From positions 1 to 43,769 of the IMG/VR virus record IMGVR_UViG_3300031454_000011: a stretch of 43,769 nt of DNA; one strand, 5' to 3'. This stretch comes from a virus (taxonomy: Duplodnaviria > Caudoviricetes). Below, piece by piece: positions 24,706 to 33,454 of the stretch. A program made the position numbers and the translations under genes. The notes below the pieces were generated by a model. The model searched no databases. It was not told where the DNA came from and worked only from the letters and a program-made list of their open reading frames with translations. The stretch's first letter is position 1. The number at the start of each line of letters is the position of its first letter.

Positions 24706-26957
24706 GCTTAGAAGCATTAATTGATAGTGCAGTAAATAGAGATGGGAAGAGTGGCGGCGAATCTACTGTAGTCGCGGTAGATTTGCAGCAAAAAATTGAG
24801 TTTTCAGTTAGAGGCGGCGCGATTGAATTTTTTCCTTTACAGGATGATGAAAAAGATACGAGACGGAAGTTTATAAATAAAATTTTCAAGGATAATCGTC
24901 TTAGCCAGCGCTTAGAATATGCAATGGCATTGTTTCTAACTAAAGGCGAAATCTTGTGGTTAGTTTTGCCTGATGACGAGGGGAACTATCTAATTGAGTT
25001 TTTTCACGGCGGAGCTACAAATAGCGATCCTGAGTACAAAGTTTTTTATAAATCAGGCGGTCGTAAAATTGATAGCGTAATCATTACTTACGCTTACAAA
25101 ACTAGCGCTCCCTTTGGCAATTTTGAGATTGAGCGCTGGGTAAAATTGACGCTAACTGAGGACTGGATTGAGCAAGCCGATTTACCAAGCAAACCGAGTT
25201 TGTCAGGAAGTATTAACGCGCTGTCCTCTGATGGCGCTCCCGTAAAAACTGAGCGCTATCCTAACCCGTTCGCGCCGACAATCCCTGTCGTCATCTCAGC
25301 AAATAACCCTAAACGGACAGGACAGCCAGGCACCTCCGATTATCACTGGCTAAAAAATCAAATTGAAGGTCACGAGCGCGATATCGGACATATCCGGCGC
25401 AATTTAAAGTTTTTTGGTAATCCTACGTTAGTTACTACTAGATCGCCTTCTGAAGTTACTGAAGCCGCAGACAGAGGTTTGCACGTCCCTACCTGGTCAT
25501 CGCAGCAAGGCTATACCGATGGGTTCGGCGATGGCTACTCGCGGAGTAGTAGAGTAGCTGACCCGCTTAGTCGATACGCGCCAGGACAAGGCGGCGGCGG
25601 CAACGAGCGAGTAGCACAAATTATCGGAGGAGTAGCAGAAGGTGAAAGATTTGGTTACATCATGCCTGACCCGGTTACAGGCGACCTTAGCCAGTTTGCG
25701 CGCCAGGAGCGTGAGCTTATCCATTATGCTCTTGGCGGTATTGACCCGCTCGGTATGTCGTCTGGAGCTACAGCTTTCGAGATTAAAACACTTTTTGGAC
25801 GAGTTGAAAATACAGCAGACGGCAAAGCAGACGGACTCTACACGCATGGATTAACGCTAGTTTTTGAGCAAATCCTTTACTTTGAGGAGAAAATGTTCAA
25901 GGATTCTCTATTCGTAGGGATGATTGAAGCTGAACCAAAGAGATGGCCCAAACTTGTAGATCCCTCGCAAATATCTGACGAAATCTCTCAAGTAATTTAT
26001 CAAACATACCTTGAGGGAAAAATAAAGCTATCTCAAGAACCTCAAGGGATAATGCCACTAGGCGATCGCACTGTTAACTGGAGATATACACGCCCAGTCT
26101 TTAAAAATTCTACTAGAGAGATGTTAGACCTTAGTATCGCGGCTCGTAATGCTAGAGAAGATGGTTTATCTCAAGAGTATTGTCTGAGGTTGCAACACCC
26201 AGATATGACTGATAAAGAAATCCAGAATGTGATGAGCGGATTTAGCCCCAGAGTAGTAGAAGGAGCTAGTAATTCTATCTCAATACTAATACAATTGTAC
26301 CAACAGTTTATGCAACTTCCCGATCCACTAGATCCAACAATAGCTTGGGGAGCGCGATTAAATGTTGGGGAAATGCTCGAACAAGGATTGTTAACTTTAT
26401 ACAAAGAACTAGCTTATGGTAAACCAAAATACGATCCAGCCCAGTCCAGCCCAACAATTAATGCAAGCGCCGCCGAACTACGGATACCAGGGGGAAGCAG
26501 TAGCATACAGCCAAGCGCCCCAACAGCAGCAGCCGCAGCCGCCGCAGCAGCAGCAGCCGCAGCAATACCAAGCTACTTACCCGCAGATCCAGCCGCCTCA
26601 ATGGTCGCCTATGGCTTACCCGCAACCGCACCAATTCCCAACTCAGCAGCAACCCAGCCAGCTTACGGAACTGGGCAAGATAGTAGACTTCTTTCGGGAA
26701 CGGGACAGCCGTACGCAATCCCCGCTCCAGGCGCAACCATCAACCCAACCGCTAGATCAGTTCAGCCCTATGGGTACGGCGCAAATGGTAGCAGTTCCCA
26801 GTCAGGCATTCCATCAGGAGTACCAGCAGAATTTATCAGCAATCCCCTCTTATGGAGTCTCTACGCCCCTCAGTACGGCTACGGCTACTCCGATGGCTCA
26901 GATGGTTCCACAGGTTCAGTTGCTAACTCAAAGCGTCGCTCCTCCAAGCGTAAGTAA
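24702..26957 (+). CDS. Probable portal protein
   Basis: Size and position between terminase and scaffold/capsid; NLKFFGNPTL motif; low-complexity tail. Confidence 0.7.
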   Translation: MSLEALIDSAVNRDGKSGGESTVVAVDLQQKIEFSVRGGAIEFFPLQDDEKDTRRKFINKIFKDNRLSQRLEYAMALFLTKGEILWLVLPDDEGNYLIEFFHGGATNSDPEYKVFYKSGGRKIDSVIITYAYKTSAPFGNFEIERWVKLTLTEDWIEQADLPSKPSLSGSINALSSDGAPVKTERYPNPFAPTIPVVISANNPKRTGQPGTSDYHWLKNQIEGHERDIGHIRRNLKFFGNPTLVTTRSPSEVTEAADRGLHVPTWSSQQGYTDGFGDGYSRSSRVADPLSRYAPGQGGGGNERVAQIIGGVAEGERFGYIMPDPVTGDLSQFARQERELIHYALGGIDPLGMSSGATAFEIKTLFGRVENTADGKADGLYTHGLTLVFEQILYFEEKMFKDSLFVGMIEAEPKRWPKLVDPSQISDEISQVIYQTYLEGKIKLSQEPQGIMPLGDRTVNWRYTRPVFKNSTREMLDLSIAARNAREDGLSQEYCLRLQHPDMTDKEIQNVMSGFSPRVVEGASNSISILIQLYQQFMQLPDPLDPTIAWGARLNVGEMLEQGLLTLYKELAYGKPKYDPAQSSPTINASAAELRIPGGSSSIQPSAPTAAAAAAAAAAAAAIPSYLPADPAASMVAYGLPATAPIPNSAATQPAYGTGQDSRLLSGTGQPYAIPAPGATINPTARSVQPYGYGANGSSSQSGIPSGVPAEFISNPLLWSLYAPQYGYGYSDGSDGSTGSVANSKRRSSKRK

Positions 26958-27672
26958 TGAGGTTGCGAATTTACAAAATGCCAATCAGCAGTTGAATGAT
27001 GCAGTAATGCAACTAAAGCAACAACTGCAACTAGCAAACATGGGGTTAGAGGTAGCTACTGAGTTTAGCCAAGGGCAGCATCAATTAATCAACTTGCTTT
27101 CTACTTTTGTGATGGGAGAAACAGCTACTCGTGAGCTTTCCGAAGGACAAGATAAGTTAATTGAGTTTCTAGCTGATTTACTTAGCGATGCAGATTACTT
27201 GCTTTACTGGGCTTTTGAGATTTGGCATCAAGCAAAGCCATCTCCTCAATTTATGGAGATACTTAGCGATGCTTACCTAAAACTTTCAGAGATGCACCCG
27301 CCACAAAATCAGCCCAGTAACGAGCAAAGCGCATTAAATCGAATTGCTCAAGGTCAGCAATCAGTTAACCAGATGTATGCAAACCCTTTGCAGCCTGCTC
27401 AAACTGTTCCTGTCCAAGTTGGAATTCAGCCATCAAATGAACTCATGCAATTATCACAGATGGCAGCAGCACAACAGCAACAGCAGCAGCAATTACAAGG
27501 TTTCATGCGCCCCTCGGTTCCTGCTCCTCCGATACCTTCCCAAAATGGAAATGGTAACGGATGGAATGGAGTAAGGCAAAATATGCAAAGTGGTAATACT
27601 TTGCAAGCATTGCGAGAGGTCGGTCAGTTGTCGGCTACTGATTGGCGTGAAATGTTCAGTACACAAAACTAA
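26416..27672 (+). CDS. Q/P-rich putative scaffolding protein
   Basis: Low-complexity ends around a helical core; lies upstream of the capsid gene and overlaps the portal by 542 nt. Confidence 0.6.
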   Translation: MVNQNTIQPSPAQQLMQAPPNYGYQGEAVAYSQAPQQQQPQPPQQQQPQQYQATYPQIQPPQWSPMAYPQPHQFPTQQQPSQLTELGKIVDFFRERDSRTQSPLQAQPSTQPLDQFSPMGTAQMVAVPSQAFHQEYQQNLSAIPSYGVSTPLSTATATPMAQMVPQVQLLTQSVAPPSVSNEVANLQNANQQLNDAVMQLKQQLQLANMGLEVATEFSQGQHQLINLLSTFVMGETATRELSEGQDKLIEFLADLLSDADYLLYWAFEIWHQAKPSPQFMEILSDAYLKLSEMHPPQNQPSNEQSALNRIAQGQQSVNQMYANPLQPAQTVPVQVGIQPSNELMQLSQMAAAQQQQQQQLQGFMRPSVPAPPIPSQNGNGNGWNGVRQNMQSGNTLQALREVGQLSATDWREMFSTQN

Positions 27673-27704
27673 TGTTCAATACACAAAACTAAGGAGTAAA
27701 AATA

Positions 27705-28127
27705 ATGAATCCAGCAACTCTTTTACAAGCAGCGACTAAATTTGGCGTTACGGTTGAGGCTGCTAAGGGAATCGCCGAACATCTGATGGGTGGAGGCTAT
27801 GGTAATTCAGACCAGAATGCTCAAAACGTAGGTTTTGCTCAAGGTCAAACTCAAGCAGGCTACGATGCTAGTAGAGATAATACCCGCTCTGCTAACGATA
27901 GGTTAATGAATGACATGACTCAAATGAATGACCAACGGTTCAATCGTGGCGTTCAAACAGGTAATATGCAACGGCAAGCTGACTTTACAAACAATATGGC
28001 TATGTCCGATCAGCAATCTCGCTCTAACTTAGCTGCTCAAGCAATTCAATCTTACGATAATGCTAGGCAAGCTAATAACCAGTTTATGCAAACTCTAAAT
28101 CAAGCTGGCGCTGGCAGAATGTATTAA
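27705..28127 (+). CDS. N/Q-rich helical protein, possible internal virion protein
   Basis: Strong AAGGAG RBS; amino-acid composition. Confidence 0.65.
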   Translation: MNPATLLQAATKFGVTVEAAKGIAEHLMGGGYGNSDQNAQNVGFAQGQTQAGYDASRDNTRSANDRLMNDMTQMNDQRFNRGVQTGNMQRQADFTNNMAMSDQQSRSNLAAQAIQSYDNARQANNQFMQTLNQAGAGRMY

Positions 28128-28136
28128 ACATTAAAA

Positions 28137-28172
28137 AGCCTCAAGGTTTCGCTTCACCAAACCCTTGAGGCT
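28137..28172. terminator. Hairpin upstream of the capsid gene
   Basis: AGCCTCAAGG...CCTTGAGGCT flanked by A runs. Confidence 0.5.
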
Positions 28173-28241
28173 AAAAAACTGCCATTCCTGACATTAGTAT
28201 AGCTAGTACAAAGGTACTTATCAGGGAAATAGGCTTAAAAA

Positions 28242-29423
28242 ATGACATTTGATGATGATTTTCCGTTAATTTTAATCCGCGAACTTGTTAGACCGCGCCC
28301 TCAGTACATCGCACGGTATGTCGTGCAACCTCAGTTTATTTGGGATGCTGCTTTGCAAAGAGGTAAGCAAGCTCAGATGGATCGGTATAACTACTTTGGT
28401 GATGATGGTAGCTTGACCTACGAATCGAGGATGAGACAGCCTAAGCAGATATTAGGTACTTCTAACCAACGTCAGATTACCAAAGAAAAGGTAATGGTGA
28501 CGATTAACGAATTTACAGGGCCATCTAAGGGAGACCCTAACGATCCGAATGCGCCTGGTAACTTAACGCTCGACTACGAAACAATCCAGTTAGCGCAACG
28601 GATGCTGTACGACCCTACGGCATTCGATAACCCTAACCTCGCTTACCAATTCCATCAAAGTATCGGTTCTCTTACGCTGCTAGATGATTATCAGCGCTGG
28701 CAGGATAGGGTATATATGAATATGCTCCTCAAGAGTACCTATACTTATAATCCTAGCGATGTTCCTGACGGTGGGACTTACCTTAATGGGCCTCCAAAAA
28801 TCGATATTCTTACCGATTTAAATACGATCGCCGAGCAGATGGAAACTAGAAACGTACCTAAGTTTGATGATGGCTATTACTACGGAATGTTGTCGCCTCG
28901 GATGCTAAAGCATTTCAGACAAGATCCAGATTTCCGTAGGATAGCTGCAACGGCTGTAAGCGTTCCGAGTGAGTACGTGCAAGACCCGCGCATCTTTGCT
29001 CCTGCTGTCATGCCTCCTGCTAACATTAACTATCAAACGCAACCTAACCAGTTAATTTTTCAAGGTATGGGCTTTAACCAATCTGCGTTCGGTAACAATG
29101 TGATGCCAGTCGGTATCATTTACGAAGGCTTCCGGTTGTTTATGAGTAACAACTTACCCAAAGCTATAGTACCGCTTACCTATACTAACTCCTCCAACCC
29201 AACTCTGCATCCTACCGGGCTTGCTAACCGCACCGCTCACTTGGGTGTCTTCTTCGGCAAAGAGAGTATAGGGGAGGCGCTAGGGACTCATTTGCCTACA
29301 CGGGTTAAGAAGAACGAAAATAGTGATTACGGACGCTTCCTTATTTTAATTTGGCAATGCTTTATGGGAATCGAATTACTGAATCCCTCGTTTGTACAAG
29401 TCTCGAGAACTTTTGGTGATTGA
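28242..29423 (+). CDS. Major capsid protein
   Basis: 393 aa; position; HK97-like segments (RNVPKFDDGYYYGMLSP, EGFRLFMSNNLP, FFGKESIG, DYGRF). Confidence 0.8.
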   Translation: MTFDDDFPLILIRELVRPRPQYIARYVVQPQFIWDAALQRGKQAQMDRYNYFGDDGSLTYESRMRQPKQILGTSNQRQITKEKVMVTINEFTGPSKGDPNDPNAPGNLTLDYETIQLAQRMLYDPTAFDNPNLAYQFHQSIGSLTLLDDYQRWQDRVYMNMLLKSTYTYNPSDVPDGGTYLNGPPKIDILTDLNTIAEQMETRNVPKFDDGYYYGMLSPRMLKHFRQDPDFRRIAATAVSVPSEYVQDPRIFAPAVMPPANINYQTQPNQLIFQGMGFNQSAFGNNVMPVGIIYEGFRLFMSNNLPKAIVPLTYTNSSNPTLHPTGLANRTAHLGVFFGKESIGEALGTHLPTRVKKNENSDYGRFLILIWQCFMGIELLNPSFVQVSRTFGD

Positions 29424-29495
29424 CTATTGAGAATATTCTCAATAGTACAATAACTTAACGTATGTATCTATTGTAACATAGGAGATGTCTGCATC

Positions 29496-30143
29496 ATGGC
29501 AAACCGCATCGATCCAAGTAGTGTAAGTCAGCAACCGCTTTATGGTTGGGCAAACCAATGTGCAATGCTCGAAAAGGGATTAGATACTTTTCAGTTCGCA
29601 GGATGGGCAAAGCTCGATACAACACTGCGGACAGAATTTGATATCGTTCTTCCCTCACATCAAAAACGCAAAGCTGATAAACCGTTTCTGATACCTACGG
29701 GAGCAACTATCTACCGGATAGCTTTAAGATTGCCTAGAGCCTTAAGGCAAGACGAGGATACTAAGTATGGATTGCTAGAGAAAGGTGCAACCATCATCGG
29801 TACAACTGGAGAAGTTTTAAAAGTAGCTAGTACAACCGCCGCTCATACCGTCACGGCTCCCGGAATCATCTCTGGCGCTAATACTTACACGCCTAACGCT
29901 AGTGCGGTACTTGCTGTTAATGAATGGCAAGCGCTTACAGGTCAGTTAGCTACTCTAGCGGCTGATACTACTTTTAAGCTGTATGTCTCTAACGCTGGAA
30001 ATACAGCAGCAGGGACAGGGATTAGAGTAAGCAAAGGCGAAGCTTATGTGCTTTGTGAAGTCTGTTACAAAATGGCTGCTGAGGCGCTTGATTTCGAGCG
30101 TACTGGCTACCCTTCAGCGCCGGAAGCAATGGTTAAAAGCTAG
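29496..30143 (+). CDS. Virion structural protein (decoration/minor capsid-like)
   Basis: Directly after the capsid gene with an AGGAG RBS; beta-rich and T/A/G-rich. Confidence 0.6.
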   Translation: MANRIDPSSVSQQPLYGWANQCAMLEKGLDTFQFAGWAKLDTTLRTEFDIVLPSHQKRKADKPFLIPTGATIYRIALRLPRALRQDEDTKYGLLEKGATIIGTTGEVLKVASTTAAHTVTAPGIISGANTYTPNASAVLAVNEWQALTGQLATLAADTTFKLYVSNAGNTAAGTGIRVSKGEAYVLCEVCYKMAAEALDFERTGYPSAPEAMVKS

Positions 30144-30151
30144 GAATTAAA

Positions 30152-30289
30152 ATGCGCTTAACTGAATCTGAAATTAATACTATCAAGACCTGGCTAGCTC
30201 AAGGCAAGTCAACTAAGGATATTAGCGAAAGGTTTAATGTAAGCGCATCAACTATAGCCAAAATTAGAGCATCAAGTTACAAAGGATAA
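30152..30289 (+). CDS. 45-aa HTH protein (not in ORF track)
   Basis: MRLTESEINTIKTWLAQGKSTKDISERFNVSASTIAKIR. Confidence 0.7.
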   Translation: MRLTESEINTIKTWLAQGKSTKDISERFNVSASTIAKIRASSYKG

Positions 30290-30292
30290 TTT

Positions 30293-30529
30293 ATGAGCCT
30301 ACCAATTGAAGAATATTTTAGATACCATCCACCAACAACAATAGAGCGTAAGCGCAAACATAAACGCATCAACTCTTTGGCTTTAGAGTTTGCCAAAGCT
30401 ATCGATGTGGAGGTTAAAGATGAGGATTGCAAGAAGATGGCTATGTTTGCAATCCAACAAGCTCGGATGTTTGCAAATCAGGGTATTACTGTAGATGAAT
30501 TAGAGCAAAAAGCAGTAGAGGAAGCATGA
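30293..30529 (+). CDS. Acb2/Tad1-like helical hairpin protein (candidate nucleotide sponge)
   Basis: F.YHPP...I..LA.EFA..I...K..A...IQQARMFAN.GI pattern. Confidence 0.55.
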   Translation: MSLPIEEYFRYHPPTTIERKRKHKRINSLALEFAKAIDVEVKDEDCKKMAMFAIQQARMFANQGITVDELEQKAVEEA

Positions 30530-30927
30530 TTATATTAGCTTTTACAGAAGGAGCGGAAGCTTGGCAAGTATCGATGAATCGCGTAGTGACATTAGGTAAA
30601 GCATTCCTAAGCGCGAATCATATTACTTGGCAAGCTCAATTTGGGGACGAAAAGTTTACAGTATCCGATACCGATTTGCGTCCTGTCCCGCAGCTAGAAA
30701 AACCACTAGAAGAAGGCGATCGCATACAGATTAATAAAGTACCTGCTACAGTTATCCGTGATGCGTTTCCAGGGATGCCAGGCGGTAAAGGAGTAGTAGC
30801 TAGAAAAATTGTAGAGGAGCGCAATAAAGGCGGCCCATTCACTACGATTGATGACCTTGTAGCGCGAATGGGATTAAGTCAGGTTAACTGGCAGGAAGTT
30901 GGAGCAAAACTAGATTTTAGCTTTTGA
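30526..30927 (+). CDS. Helix-hairpin-helix (ComEA-like) DNA-binding protein
   Basis: IQINK...PG...VARKIVEERNKGGPFTTIDDL. Confidence 0.8.
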   Translation: MIILAFTEGAEAWQVSMNRVVTLGKAFLSANHITWQAQFGDEKFTVSDTDLRPVPQLEKPLEEGDRIQINKVPATVIRDAFPGMPGGKGVVARKIVEERNKGGPFTTIDDLVARMGLSQVNWQEVGAKLDFSF

Positions 30928-30965
30928 CATACTCCCCGTCATAAATGAGCAGCGAAGTGTAAGCT

Positions 30966-31424
30966 ATGCCTAGCTTTAGCGAGATTGATAAATCTAGAAC
31001 CCGTTTCCATCTTAACTACGCTGCCGATGGCGTAGCAGATGGCGATGCTGACAGACTTGAGAAGGAAATGAGTAAGATTCGAGATAATACACAACTTAAC
31101 TACTTACGCTTTATGCTGGATGCGTTAGACGAAGCTTTTGCTCAGTTAATGTCCGGCGGTATCTATGATTCAAGACAGCTTATTCAAGGTGATATTAACA
31201 GATCGACTGTAGTTGATACTCCTAACGATTTTAGGATTTGGAATGAGATGTACTTGAAACGGACTGACCAACTAGCTAATCAACTTAATGTAGCTAACTA
31301 CCAACGCCCTGAAGCAGCGAGAACTAGATTTATGAGACTTGGTAGCACGTATAGTTTTACTGTTCCTGGCGTTGCCGATACTTGTACAGGCGATCGCATT
31401 GAACTATCAGGGAGTTATACATGA
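30966..31424 (+). CDS. Putative head-tail adaptor
   Basis: DKSRTRFHLNY helical protein in the structural region. Confidence 0.5.
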   Translation: MPSFSEIDKSRTRFHLNYAADGVADGDADRLEKEMSKIRDNTQLNYLRFMLDALDEAFAQLMSGGIYDSRQLIQGDINRSTVVDTPNDFRIWNEMYLKRTDQLANQLNVANYQRPEAARTRFMRLGSTYSFTVPGVADTCTGDRIELSGSYT

Positions 31425-31906
31425 CCTATTCTAGCGCTGCAATTAACGCTCCTCCTAACACTTCACCGATTTTCATCAAGCGCCCTATCCTTGAATCTAT
31501 CCAGTTGCAAACTGAGGTAGTAGGGAGAGTACCAGGCGTAGCTATACCTATCCAACTTTATAGCGCTGGAGGAGCAGGAGGACTCATTGAAACTATTGAA
31601 GTTGTAGCCCTCGGAGCTAACGTACAGACTGTATTACGGCTATATTACTCTTTGCCTTTAGGTAGTGGCTTCAAACTGTTTAGAGAAACGCTGTTACCTG
31701 CTGTAGCAACAGTAAGTAACGACAACATCATTACAGGCTATCCCGTTAGAGTAGCGCTACCTAAAATCATGTTTCCAGCTAGCCCTAACCCTGCAACTCC
31801 TAACGATGGGTTACGAGTACCGAACGGGGTAGAGATTGCAGCAGCGCTCGGAACAGCAATCGCATCTGGCATAATTGTAAGTTGCTTTGGTGGAGAATTT
31901 AGCTAA
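31421..31906 (+). CDS. Virion structural protein
   Basis: Beta-rich, NTSPIF...VLRLY...GGEF. Confidence 0.6.
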   Translation: MTYSSAAINAPPNTSPIFIKRPILESIQLQTEVVGRVPGVAIPIQLYSAGGAGGLIETIEVVALGANVQTVLRLYYSLPLGSGFKLFRETLLPAVATVSNDNIITGYPVRVALPKIMFPASPNPATPNDGLRVPNGVEIAAALGTAIASGIIVSCFGGEFS

Positions 31907-32196
31907 TGATAAAGGGAAAGGTAACTAAGAAAGTTTTACGCGCTAAGTACAAAAACTTTCTATCTTCTCCTTACTGGGCTAATGTTCGCGCTGCTGTAAT
32001 TATGCGAGATGGTAGACGTTGTACTAAGTGCGGAAGTATTAAAGATTTACAAGCTCATCATAAAACTTATGCTCATCATGGCAACGAGCATCTGCACCTA
32101 GGAGATTTGGTAACACTGTGCAAAAAATGTCATAAGCAAGTGCATAAAGAGCAACGCGCAAGGGTTAGCAATGCCAAAAAAGCTAGGCGGAACTGA
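31906..32196 (+). CDS. HNH endonuclease
   Basis: RDGRRCTKCG...LQAHHKTY...LVTLCKKCHKQVH. Confidence 0.9.
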   Translation: MIKGKVTKKVLRAKYKNFLSSPYWANVRAAVIMRDGRRCTKCGSIKDLQAHHKTYAHHGNEHLHLGDLVTLCKKCHKQVHKEQRARVSNAKKARRN

Positions 32197-33454
32197 TGAT
32201 TTTGACCCTAAGAAACAAAACCGTATCAATGATTTTAAAGAAGGTAGACGGTTCAGTTTTCGCGTCCCTGGTAACGTACCGCAGCCGGATACTGAGTGCG
32301 GCAAATTAGAAATCCCAGATTATACAAGAGAGAATAAGGGGAAGATCGGGAGAGGCTCAGGTGATGCTGTCCTTTATTCAGGAGAGCAGTTAGAAAATTA
32401 TAAAAAGCAATATCCTCGCTTTGAAAAAGCAATTGATTTAGTACCTGATGGCAAGATTAAGCGAGATGGAAATCAAGTTTACTTGTTTTGCTCCAAAAAT
32501 AGCCCTACAGGGTACTGGGAAGTTACTTTACTTACAAATACTCCTACCTACTTTATAGAGGCGGGAGAGCCTTTAACTATCATCTGCCCCATACCCTTTA
32601 AGATTACTCAAGTCCTATCAAATGGAGAATCTTTTAAATGGACACAGCTAGAGGGCGGTAGGCTTGCAGTAGTAGATCCTGATAATACAATCGACCCCAC
32701 ACTACTGATACTAGATAACATCAGAGATAGCCGGCCGATTAGGTTTGAAATTGCAGTAGAGCAAAATTTATCAGTTAAAGATACCCTGATTATTTATACT
32801 ACGCCGACGAGTGATTTAGATGGCTTAAGTTACGAAACGCCAATCGCGGCTCCTGATGCTGCACCGACAAGAAAAGTTCCGTGTATGGTTATACCTGCTG
32901 CACCATTACCGCAGCTATTGCAGATAGCTTATCAATTCAATTCAGTTAACACTCAAGTAACGACTTGGAATTTACCACTGGAAGGGCAAGAATACTTAAT
33001 AGAAACTATTTGGCAACAAAACACAACAGGGCAATACCTAGATGTACAAAAGTTTCCTAAAAGTAGCTATCGTGCTTTTACAGCTAACTTAAATACTCAC
33101 TATCGCATCTTAGCTAATTTCAACACTCACGGACATTTATCAGTTAGTGATAGCTGTAGATTTTATTTTACTAATTCTAATAAAGGAATTGCTGGCGATG
33201 ATATTTTAGATGGTTTATCATTTGTTAGGCTTAAAACTAATATTACAAAGTTACCTTTAGCTCGAATTCTTTTAACTGCGCCAACTGATACTTGTAATGG
33301 CATATCAGCAACGGAATTGAAAAATAATATTACTAAGTTACCTCTTAGTGGAAAGCTTTTAAAAGCACCTATCGATATTTATGATGGAATCTCATTTGTT
33401 AAGTTAAAAACAAGTGTAGCTAAAATTCAGTTAGGAGGAATGATAATCACATGA
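32171..33454 (+). CDS. Tail/structural protein with an Ig/PKD-like segment and C-terminal repeats
   Basis: FKWTQLEGG; three D..DG(L/I)S...LK.N.ITKLPL-like repeats. Confidence 0.6.
   Translation: MPKKLGGTDDFDPKKQNRINDFKEGRRFSFRVPGNVPQPDTECGKLEIPDYTRENKGKIGRGSGDAVLYSGEQLENYKKQYPRFEKAIDLVPDGKIKRDGNQVYLFCSKNSPTGYWEVTLLTNTPTYFIEAGEPLTIICPIPFKITQVLSNGESFKWTQLEGGRLAVVDPDNTIDPTLLILDNIRDSRPIRFEIAVEQNLSVKDTLIIYTTPTSDLDGLSYETPIAAPDAAPTRKVPCMVIPAAPLPQLLQIAYQFNSVNTQVTTWNLPLEGQEYLIETIWQQNTTGQYLDVQKFPKSSYRAFTANLNTHYRILANFNTHGHLSVSDSCRFYFTNSNKGIAGDDILDGLSFVRLKTNITKLPLARILLTAPTDTCNGISATELKNNITKLPLSGKLLKAPIDIYDGISFVKLKTSVAKIQLGGMIIT

Noticed and set aside
27651-27692. 20-bp tandem duplication at the scaffold stop codon
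   Set aside because: Only two copies; most simply a local slippage duplication.
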